A DNA stretch of 8,000 bases from Perkinsela sp. CCAP 1560/9 (lineage: Eukaryota > Protista > Euglenozoa: Kinetoplastea), in the NCBI GenBank assembly GCA_965644495.1, contig CBFFSA010000097.1:1-8000 (forward strand), read 5' to 3'. Under the pieces are notes generated by a model. The model made no database searches. It saw nothing but the letters and a program-made list of their open reading frames with translations, and was not told the origin of the DNA. Every line of letters begins with the position of its first letter. Position 1 is the first letter of the stretch. The position numbers and the translations under genes are program-made. Below are positions 1-7,314 of the stretch, piece by piece.

Positions 1-59
1 GTATAATGTAATAGTTATTATAGCAGTCAAATAAATATGCTTAATTAGCGCTATTTCAC

Positions 60-1067
60 ATGAATATATTAGTCACTGGATCTACTGGATTTATTGGTTC
101 TGCATTAGTACTGCGTTTACTTGAACGCGGTGATACCATCATTGGTATTGATAACCATAACGACTACTATGATCCTGCCATTAAAGAAGCACGACTTGCT
201 CGTCACATTGATAATCCACAATATACACACCTACGCATTGATCTTGCCGATCAACAAGCTATAAATGATTGCTTTGCTCAATACCAACCACAACGAGTTG
301 TTAACTTAGCCGCACAAGCAGGTGTACGCTACTCTATTGAAAATCCGCTTGCTTATATCAATAGCAACATTGTCGGTTTCGCACATATCTTAGAAGGTTG
401 CCGACATAATAATATTGAACATTTAGTCTATGCCAGCAGTTCAAGTGTTTATGGTGCTAATACTACGATGCCATTTTCAGTGCAACATAATGTTGATCAC
501 CCACTTAGTCTTTATGCTGCCAGCAAAAAATCCAATGAGCTAATGGCACATACTTATAGCCACCTTTATGATTTACCAACCACTGGCTTGCGCTTTTTTA
601 CTGTCTATGGACCTTGGGGACGCCCAGATATGGCATTGTTTACATTTACTAAAGCCATTTTATCTGGAAAACCAATTAAGGTTTTTAACTATGGCAAACA
701 CCGTCGTGACTTTACTTATGTAGATGATATTGTTGAGGGCATTATCCGCGTTTTGGACCACCCAGCACAAAGCAATCCAAATTGGAATAGTAACAATCCT
801 GATCCCAGTACTAGCAAAGCACCATGGCGCATTTACAATATCGGGAATAATCAACCGATCGAATTATCAAATTACATTACTGCTTTAGAAAAAGCATTAG
901 GAAAAAAAGCTAGACAAGAATTACTACCTTTACAGCCCGGTGATGTGCCAGATACTTATGCTGATGTAGATGATTTAGTGAAACAATTCCATTATAAACC
1001 AACTACTAACATACAAGAAGGTATCACTCGTTTTGTTACATGGTATCGTGACTACTTTAATGTATAA
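60..1067 (+). CDS. NAD-dependent epimerase, UDP-glucuronate 4-epimerase-like (Uge/CapI/WbnF-type extended SDR)
   Basis: 335 aa ORF. Rossmann motif [27 protein letters not shown], catalytic YAASK (YxxxK), and [15 protein letters not shown] and LQPGDV motifs typical of the UDP-GlcA 4-epimerase subfamily. Confidence 0.92.
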   Translation: MNILVTGSTGFIGSALVLRLLERGDTIIGIDNHNDYYDPAIKEARLARHIDNPQYTHLRIDLADQQAINDCFAQYQPQRVVNLAAQAGVRYSIENPLAYINSNIVGFAHILEGCRHNNIEHLVYASSSSVYGANTTMPFSVQHNVDHPLSLYAASKKSNELMAHTYSHLYDLPTTGLRFFTVYGPWGRPDMALFTFTKAILSGKPIKVFNYGKHRRDFTYVDDIVEGIIRVLDHPAQSNPNWNSNNPDPSTSKAPWRIYNIGNNQPIELSNYITALEKALGKKARQELLPLQPGDVPDTYADVDDLVKQFHYKPTTNIQEGITRFVTWYRDYFNV

Positions 1068-1106
1068 ACAGTATTTACATTACTTCATTCTTCAAGGATA
1101 AATGCA

Positions 1107-2234
1107 GTGCAAAACAAGTTGCTTTTTATCACAAATGTCGATTGGTCATTCTTGTCACATCGTTTGCCTATTGCACTGGCTGCAATCGAGCAAGGCTATG
1201 AAGTGCATATTGCAACACCACTTACTGATAAAGCAGATATATTACGGACAAATGGATTAATAGTACATTCTTTACATCTTAATAGGAAAAGCTTAAATCC
1301 CTTATCTAATCTATTAACATTATTGCATCTTGTTACCATCATAAAAAAAATAAAACCTACATTAGTACATGCTATTACTATTAAACCGGTTTTATTGAGC
1401 GGGATTGCTGCCCGTATCACTAAAGCACCTGCACTGGTAGTTGCAGTCCCTGGTTTGGGTTTTATGTATACTAATCAAAATATAAAAACCAATATATTGC
1501 GCAAATTCATTAATATTGCTTATCAACGTGTATTTGCTCATCCTAACATACATGTTATTTTTCAAAATGAAGATGATCGTCGCCTATTAATACAGCTTAC
1601 CCAATTACCAATAGCAAAAACCACATTAATTCGAGGGTCCGGTGTTAACTTAAATGATTATTCAATAAAACCGTTACCGACAGAAAAACCGACTATCATC
1701 ATGGCAGCACGTTTACTTGCCGAAAAGGGTATTCATGAATTCGTTAAAGCAGCTCAAATCATTAGTCAATCTGGATATGATGCTCATTTCGTATTAGTTG
1801 GTAAATGCGACCCAGGCAACCCATCCAGTCTACAATTAACTGACATTGAGAATTGGGTTAAACAAGGTTATATCCACTATTGGGGATATCGTACAGACAT
1901 GCCCAATGTGTTATCTAGCGGATATGCAGTGGTACTACCATCTTATTATGGCGAAGGTTTACCTAAAGTGTTAATTGAAGCTGCTGCTTGCGCACGCGCG
2001 GTCATCACAACAAATGTACCCGGCTGCCGTGATGCGATAGAACCTGGAGTAACGGGTCTATTAATACCTGCACGTGATCCCCAAGCATTAGCCACTGCAA
2101 TTAAGCAACTATTAGATGATCCTATTGGTTGTCAACGAATGGGAAATGCTGGACGTCAACTGGCAGAGCGTACATTCGATATTAAGTCTGTTATTAACAA
2201 ACACCTGATAATTTATCAAAAGCTTGAACCTTGA
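1107..2234 (+). CDS. Glycosyltransferase family 4 (GT-B fold), polysaccharide biosynthesis
   Basis: 375 aa ORF with GTG start and AAGGA SD at 1094-1098. N-terminal FLSHRLPIA, IFQNEDD, IRGSGV, ARLLAEKG, and EGLPKVLIEA (E-x7-E) followed by VPGCRDAI. Confidence 0.92.
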   Translation: MQNKLLFITNVDWSFLSHRLPIALAAIEQGYEVHIATPLTDKADILRTNGLIVHSLHLNRKSLNPLSNLLTLLHLVTIIKKIKPTLVHAITIKPVLLSGIAARITKAPALVVAVPGLGFMYTNQNIKTNILRKFINIAYQRVFAHPNIHVIFQNEDDRRLLIQLTQLPIAKTTLIRGSGVNLNDYSIKPLPTEKPTIIMAARLLAEKGIHEFVKAAQIISQSGYDAHFVLVGKCDPGNPSSLQLTDIENWVKQGYIHYWGYRTDMPNVLSSGYAVVLPSYYGEGLPKVLIEAAACARAVITTNVPGCRDAIEPGVTGLLIPARDPQALATAIKQLLDDPIGCQRMGNAGRQLAERTFDIKSVINKHLIIYQKLEP

Positions 2235-2669
2235 TAATAAAATAAATCCTAATGCGACTGACTGACGAGTATAACCCATACCAACTACAATAATGATAAA
2301 TGGCGCTGCTACTGCAAGTGCTAACCAAGGTAAAGGTTGTTTTCGGCAAAACTGCACTAACCCACTCATTAAACAAGCACTACAGACTAAATTAACACTG
2401 GTAATACCTCCACCTAACTGTGCAACTAGCCAATTTCGTGTCTACTATTTTTTATCAAACTAAATAAGCTATCGTAGTTAGCATAATCTATATAGTGATT
2501 AAGGTAGGCACCCCAATCACTACCTACCCACTTGATATCGCAATCCAATAATCAGTGTGGCAGCGATGCCATAGACCAATAGTAAGTAATTCTGTTTCTG
2601 CTGATCAACTAGATTAGGTGATAGTGTCATCAATGCAGGAAATAAAAAAAGTAACCAATAGATTGTCAT
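2232..2669 (-). pseudogene. EpsG-family / Wzy-like polysaccharide polymerase, frameshifted and 3'-truncated remnant
   Basis: Manual translation from ATG 2669: MTIYWLLFLFPALMTL...LIIGLRYQVG, then a shift at a 4-bp duplication (tacctacc 2521-2528) to SDWGAYLNHYIDYANYDSLFSLIK. A second shift near 2435-2450 returns to the first frame: NWLVAQLGGGITSVNLVCSACLMSGLVQFCRKQPLPWLALAVAAPFIIIVVGMGYTRQSVALGFILL. GLRxxVGxDW and GYTRQ are EpsG-family hallmarks. Similarity ends where the GT4 stop codon begins. Confidence 0.8.
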
Positions 2670-2730
2670 GAATTTAATACTCTATTAACTTGTTGTTATA
2701 TCTTCATGAAGTGACAATATAAAATAGTAT

Positions 2731-3783
2731 TTATTTCTTTTTTTGATAGTTCTGTATATCAACATGCCTTAAAAACCAAACTATACCACTCAAATAGCCA
2801 ATAAATAACAACATAAACCCTATAAATAAATAACCATCAGCAACACCAATTTTATTTAAAATAAACGCTAAACTACTGGTTATTAACGTCACTAAACTTA
2901 AAATCATGGTAATTGTGCGTGGATGTAAGCCCATCTGTTGTAACCAATGATGGATATGTTGACGATCAGGCTTTAGCAATGGTTGACGTTGCAATAAGCG
3001 TAAACTGACAACACCACAAAAATCAAAAATCGGCACAATCATCACCCATAACATGACAACCGGCGCAATCGCTTGTGCTCCTTGGGACAAACTCACTGTA
3101 AACCACACTAAGCAAAACCCCAATACCATACTGCCAGCATCTCCCATAAACACACTGGCTACACGAGCACGGTTAAATGGGAAATTGAATACAAGAAACC
3201 CTAATAAGGCTGCTGCAATTAATGCTAAAATATGCATATCCATTAAACGACCTTCAACACCTGCAATGATAAATAACATTGTCAGCTGTATCCAACTGAT
3301 ACCGCCTGCTAAGCCATCTAAACCATCTAGCATATTGATCGCATTGATAATGCAAACTAAGGCAAAAATAGTGATAGGGATCCCCCAATTACCTAATACA
3401 ATCGGATCAACAAATAAAATATTACCGAAAGTATGTAGATAAACCTCCCCCCAAATCGTCATCAATAAACCAACAATAATTTGTGTCCATAGTCGTGTGT
3501 GTGGTTTTAATTCGTGAAAATCATCGAGTAAGCCAACGAATCCCATCAGTATTATCCCGGCCAGAAAACTACGGTATGGCGCAATCGATATATCTAGGAC
3601 TAATAAACCAATACCAATGCCAAAAACAATGGCTATCCCACCAACTAACGGCACTGGTTCTGGGTGATGTTTGCGTGGATTGGGTATATCGACTAAACAA
3701 ATGCGCTCAGCGATTAGCTTAATCATGTGAATACACATGACCGTCACAATAAATGTTAATAGATAAGTGAAATAAATTAGCAT
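2731..3783 (-). CDS. wecA: Undecaprenyl-phosphate alpha-N-acetylglucosaminyl 1-phosphate transferase (WecA/MraY-like PNPT family)
   Basis: 350 aa polytopic membrane protein with DIPNPRKHH..PVPLVGG, GLLDD, NAINMLDGLDGLA, FMGDAGS and DRQHIHH (WecA-type HIHH motif). Confidence 0.85.
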   Translation of the reverse strand: MLIYFTYLLTFIVTVMCIHMIKLIAERICLVDIPNPRKHHPEPVPLVGGIAIVFGIGIGLLVLDISIAPYRSFLAGIILMGFVGLLDDFHELKPHTRLWTQIIVGLLMTIWGEVYLHTFGNILFVDPIVLGNWGIPITIFALVCIINAINMLDGLDGLAGGISWIQLTMLFIIAGVEGRLMDMHILALIAAALLGFLVFNFPFNRARVASVFMGDAGSMVLGFCLVWFTVSLSQGAQAIAPVVMLWVMIVPIFDFCGVVSLRLLQRQPLLKPDRQHIHHWLQQMGLHPRTITMILSLVTLITSSLAFILNKIGVADGYLFIGFMLLFIGYLSGIVWFLRHVDIQNYQKKK

Positions 3784-3819
3784 AACCCTTCATGGCACCA
3801 TTAGCACAATATTCGGCAT

Positions 3820-3847
3820 ATAATAACGGGTTCAGAGGGGAGTGCAA
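3820..3847 (-). promoter_or_regulatory. Possible sigma-70 promoter for wecA
   Basis: Minus strand TTGCAC (3847-3842), 16-nt spacer, TATTAT (3825-3820), about 37 nt upstream of the wecA ATG. Motif match only. Confidence 0.3.
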
Positions 3848-3910
3848 GTGTACGAGACTGGATCCTGGTCTCTGTCTTCGCTTACAGCTGCGCCACGGCT
3901 AGGAAAAGAT

Positions 3911-4771
3911 TTAATCTAACAAACTTGCTTTTAATTTCTTAATCGCATTGGCTTCAAGCTGACGGATACGTTCGGCAGAAATCTGATATTCAGCTGCCAA
4001 TTGATGTAGTGTTGCTTTTTTATCGACTAACCAACGGCGTTGGATGATGGCACGGCTACGCGGATCAAGTATTTCTAATGCATCGCGTAAACGTTGTGTA
4101 CCAACAGCGGCATTATTGCTATTTTCCAATAATAATGCCGGATCGGCTTGTTTATCTTCTAAATAATATTTTGGCGCATAGCTAACAACGTGTTGGCTAT
4201 CATCTTGATGATCAGCACCATCATAAGCCACATCTTGCGCATTTAAGCGTGCTTCCATCAACATCACTTCTTGTGGTTTTACCCCTAAGGTTTGTGCAAC
4301 TTCGTTGACTTCAGCTTGCGATGCCCAGCCTAACCGTTTTTTCGCACTGCGCAAATTAAAAAATAACTTACGTTGTGCTTTAGTAGTGGCGACTTTCACA
4401 ATCCGCCAATTACGCAAGATATATTCATGCATTTCTGCTTTGATCCAATGCACCGCAAAGGACACTAAACGCACTCCCACTGTTGGATCAAAACGTTTAA
4501 CCGCTTTCATCAAGCCAACATTGCCTTCTTGAATTAAATCAGCTTGAGCTAACCCATAGCCCGAATAACCGCGTGCAACCTTCACCACAAAACGTAAATG
4601 TGCTAACACTAATTGACGTGCTGCAGATAAGTCATTGTCTTCGACCAAACGAGTTGCTAACTCGTGTTCTTGTTGTGCAGTGAGGATCGGCATTTGATTT
4701 ACACGTTGAATGTAACTCTCTAAACTGCCTGCCGATAGGCTAAAATCAATGGATTGCAGTGCACCAGTCAC
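3911..4771 (-). CDS. rpoH: RNA polymerase sigma-32 (heat-shock sigma factor)
   Basis: Region 2 [19 protein letters not shown], RpoH box QRKLFFNLR, region 4 [10 protein letters not shown]. Start placed at GTG 4771 rather than TTG 4789 because a GAGGAG SD (4783-4778) lies 6 nt upstream of it. Confidence 0.97.
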   Translation of the reverse strand: MTGALQSIDFSLSAGSLESYIQRVNQMPILTAQQEHELATRLVEDNDLSAARQLVLAHLRFVVKVARGYSGYGLAQADLIQEGNVGLMKAVKRFDPTVGVRLVSFAVHWIKAEMHEYILRNWRIVKVATTKAQRKLFFNLRSAKKRLGWASQAEVNEVAQTLGVKPQEVMLMEARLNAQDVAYDGADHQDDSQHVVSYAPKYYLEDKQADPALLLENSNNAAVGTQRLRDALEILDPRSRAIIQRRWLVDKKATLHQLAAEYQISAERIRQLEANAIKKLKASLLD

Positions 4772-4825
4772 AATAAACTCCTCTTGCAAGATGTAAGGTA
4801 CATATAATTAGTTAATCTACCGGCG

Positions 4826-4855
4826 ATTTTAGCACTCTTTGCCTGAGAGTGCCAA
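4826..4855 (-). promoter_or_regulatory. Putative sigma-70 promoter of rpoH overlapped by CIRCE
   Basis: Minus strand TTGGCA (4855-4850), 18-nt spacer, TAAAAT (4831-4826), with an extended -10 (TGc-TAAAAT). Confidence 0.55.
4829..4855. promoter_or_regulatory. CIRCE element (HrcA operator) upstream of rpoH
   Basis: TTAGCACTC-tttgcctga-GAGTGCCAA matches 17 of 18 positions of the consensus TTAGCACTC-N9-GAGTGCTAA with exact 9-nt spacing. Confidence 0.92.
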
Positions 4856-5003
4856 TTTGGCAAAACACCATGATCTTGCTAATAAAACCAGTTAAAACAA
4901 AGTGTTAAGTGTAAATAGACTGGTTAAAATTGATGTCCGATACTGTGTTACACGCAGCCGTTCAAATGATAGAAATCAGTATATCCTGTTTTGTTGCTTC
5001 GAA

Positions 5004-5039
5004 ATAAGTCAGATTGATATATATGTCAATCTGACTTAT
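5004..5039. repeat. 36-bp near-perfect palindrome, probable HigA operator
   Basis: ATAAGTCAGATTGA-tatatatg-TCAATCTGACTTAT: perfect 14-bp arms, and the centre is also self-complementary except for one mismatched pair. It ends 42 nt upstream of the higB ATG. Confidence 0.85.
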
Positions 5040-5042
5040 ACT
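5014..5042 (+). promoter_or_regulatory. Sigma-70 promoter of higBA
   Basis: TTGATA (5014-5019), 17-nt spacer, TATACT (5037-5042). Each hexamer is 5/6 to consensus and the promoter overlaps the palindrome. Confidence 0.7.
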
Positions 5043-5081
5043 GCTTAAATATGGAGTCATTGATATAGGTATAAAAATGAA

Positions 5082-5390
5082 ATGCGGGTTATATTAAAGA
5101 AAAAATTGCGGGACTATTACACAAACAATCCGCAAGCAAAACTGCCATTAGTCAATTGGTATTACAAAATATACTCACAAGATATTCGTAATATTAGCGA
5201 ACTAAAAAACATATTTAACAGTGTTGACCCAGCACATGGCTATACTATTTTTGATATTGGTGGCAACCATTACCGTTTAATTACAGCTATACATTATAAC
5301 CGACAACGCTGCTACATACGAACTATCTGGACACATGCTGAATATAGTAAACGGATAAACCAACAGAAATTAAAAACAGGTGAATTATGA
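5082..5390 (+). CDS. higB: Type II toxin-antitoxin system HigB family toxin (RelE-like mRNase)
   Basis: 102 aa with MRVI start, L.NWY, F.SVD, TIFDIGGNHYRLI and THAEY motifs typical of HigB. The toxin gene lies upstream of the antitoxin. Confidence 0.9.
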   Translation: MRVILKKKLRDYYTNNPQAKLPLVNWYYKIYSQDIRNISELKNIFNSVDPAHGYTIFDIGGNHYRLITAIHYNRQRCYIRTIWTHAEYSKRINQQKLKTGEL

Positions 5391-5821
5391 AAACTGCACG
5401 ATTAAAGATTGATTACGTTGATGGTAAAACAAAGCAAGTATTCCATCAACCAGTCACCATTTTTAAAAAACCAACTAATGGTAGTGACTACCATCGACTA
5501 CAACGCTTACTCGATAACCTAATCGATCAAGTCCAAGATAATGGTAACCATCCACTGGCTACTGTGATGGAAATCATTGGTGATAATTTAGAAGCGTATG
5601 ATAATGAACATTATCCTGCTATTGGTGAAGATGTGAGTGATATTGAAATGGTAAAATATCTAATGAAAATAAATAATCTATACCAAAAAGATTTGGCATC
5701 AATATTTGGTAGCCAAGCCAATGTGTCAAAATTTTTAAATGGCCAACGAGAATTATCAAAAACACAAATAATCGGATTGAAAAAAATGTTTGGCGTTAGT
5801 GCTGATTTCTTCTTAAGGTAA
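5387..5821 (+). CDS. higA: HigA family antitoxin with C-terminal XRE/Cro HTH
   Basis: 144 aa with an ATGA 4-nt overlap with higB. LEAYDNEHYP segment, then HTH LYQKDLASIFGSQANVSKFLNGQRELSKTQI..L...FGVS. Confidence 0.88.
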   Translation: MKTARLKIDYVDGKTKQVFHQPVTIFKKPTNGSDYHRLQRLLDNLIDQVQDNGNHPLATVMEIIGDNLEAYDNEHYPAIGEDVSDIEMVKYLMKINNLYQKDLASIFGSQANVSKFLNGQRELSKTQIIGLKKMFGVSADFFLR

Positions 5822-5864
5822 TGTCCACTTTAATTGCTAACAGAAACACTTCTTAATTTAGATC

Positions 5865-7314
5865 CTACCACGCACTCACTGCACCACCATGTGGATACAA
5901 CTCCATTGTGGCATTAACCACTTCAGGCGAATGCATGATTGCAACTAAGGTGTCAGTCCAAGGTGCTTGTTGATCGCGACGATTGACCACAATCAGATTG
6001 GCATACGGTGATTCCTTACTTTCATGCAACACCGCATCTTGTGGGGTTAACCCTGTCATCGGTAAAAAGTCATTGTTGATCGCCACTAAATCGGCATTAG
6101 ACAATGCATGTGCCAATTGTGCCGCATCCATTGCCACCAAGCGTAACTGCCTTGGGTTGCTTATCACATCTCGCAAACTGGTATTAACCGATACATCGGA
6201 TGTTAAGCGGATCAACCCGGCATGTTGTAAGATTAATAAGGCACGTGCCTGGTTACTCGGATCATTAGCAACCGCTACCAATGCCTTTGCTGGCAATTGT
6301 GAACTATCCGTTATTTTTTTCGAGTAAAACCCCATTGGATACACAAATGTTTTGCCAATCACCGCTAATTGCAAACCGTGATCACGTACTTGCGCTTGCA
6401 AATACGGCTCATGCTGGAAAATATTCGCATCGATTTTACCATCATTCAATGTAATATTCGGCAGTGCATAATCGTCAAAGGTGACTATGTCTAATTCCAC
6501 ACCGTAACGTTCACGCCCAACGTGTTGCGCCACTTGCATAATATCTTGTTGTACTCCAGCGATAATACCAACACGGATCACATCGGTTTTTTCCAAGGAC
6601 TTTGCCACAGCAAAGGGTAACAATGCACAACCAGCAGCAACGCCAACAGCAATATATAAAATTGACAGGCGTCGTGTTTTCGCAATCACATCTCCAACAC
6701 TTTGTAGTATTTGTACTAATACAACCAATAAAATCACGGTTTCTACAATGACAATCGGATCAAAGCGCTGATAACCATAATTAATCGCTAATTCACCTAA
6801 GCCACCGCCACCAACTGCACCCGCCATTGCTGAATAACCAACTAACCCGATGATGGTTAACGTTGCCCCTTTGACTAAACTAGGCAATGCCTCTGGTAAC
6901 AATACATAACGCACTAATTGCCAACGTGTAGTGCCCATTGCAAATGCAGCTTCTAACAAACCGTGCGGTACTTCTGCTAATGCAGCTTCACTGACTCTGG
7001 CATAAAACGGGATAGCCGCAATGGTTAGCGGCACAATCGCAGCAGTGGTACCAATATACGTACCGACTAACAAACTGGTTAATGGGATCACGCCAATTAA
7101 TAAAATAATAAATGGTACCGATCGAGTGACGTTAATGATAAACCCTAATCCTTGATGCAGATAACGTAATCCCTTACCTTGACTTTTTTTCAGTAAAAAA
7201 CAAGATCACACCTAATACTAATCCAACAGTGATACCAACTGCACTGGCAACAAATACCATGTACCATGTTTCCCACATCGCTTTGATTAATGGAATAATT
7301 GCAAACTCAGACAT
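5865..7314 (-). pseudogene. metIQ: Fused methionine ABC transporter permease/substrate-binding protein (MetI-MetQ), interrupted by a +1 frameshift near 7184-7200 (true lesion or sequencing error)
   Basis: ATG 7314 overlaps the metN stop and reads MSEFAIIPLIKAMWETWYMVFVASAVGITVGLVLGVILFFTEK before reaching TAA. The +1 frame continues SQGKGLRYLHQGLGFIINVTRSVPFIILLIGVIPLT into ORF 5865..7091. MetI motifs: RSVPFIIL, EAA loop, SAMAGAVGGGGLG, YGYQRF. MetQ/NlpA motifs: DANIFQHEPYL, NDPSNQARAL, SPYANLIVV. Confidence 0.82.

Noticed and set aside
2112-2369. 85-aa minus-strand ORF as an independent small gene
   Set aside because: Its first half is the internal EpsG-like fragment and its second half is antisense read-through into GT4.
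3801-3848. CIRCE-like half sites TTAGCACAA and GAGTGCAAG upstream of wecA
   Set aside because: Both halves are degenerate and spaced 30 nt apart instead of 9.
4772-4789. TTG start at 4789 for rpoH
   Set aside because: The extension contains the GAGGAG SD positioned for GTG 4771.
4850-4925. Small inverted repeats TGCCAA-t-TTGGCA (4850-4862) and AACCAGT…ACTGGTT (4886-4925), plus an IHF-like match near 4895-4907
   Set aside because: Too short or degenerate to distinguish from chance in AT-rich DNA.
5004-5039. Palindrome as a dif site, FNR box or intrinsic terminator
   Set aside because: It lacks XerC/XerD arm consensus, the TTGAT…TCAA spacing does not fit FNR (N4), and it lies between divergent genes over a promoter with no U-tract.
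7183-7189. In-frame A_AAA_AAG heptamer, the classic -1 ribosomal frameshift motif, at the metIQ break
   Set aside because: A -1 shift reads GTC AAG GTA AGG GAT TAC GTT ATC TGC ATC AAG GAT TAG and stops. The functional continuation needs +1, so programmed -1 frameshifting does not explain the break.
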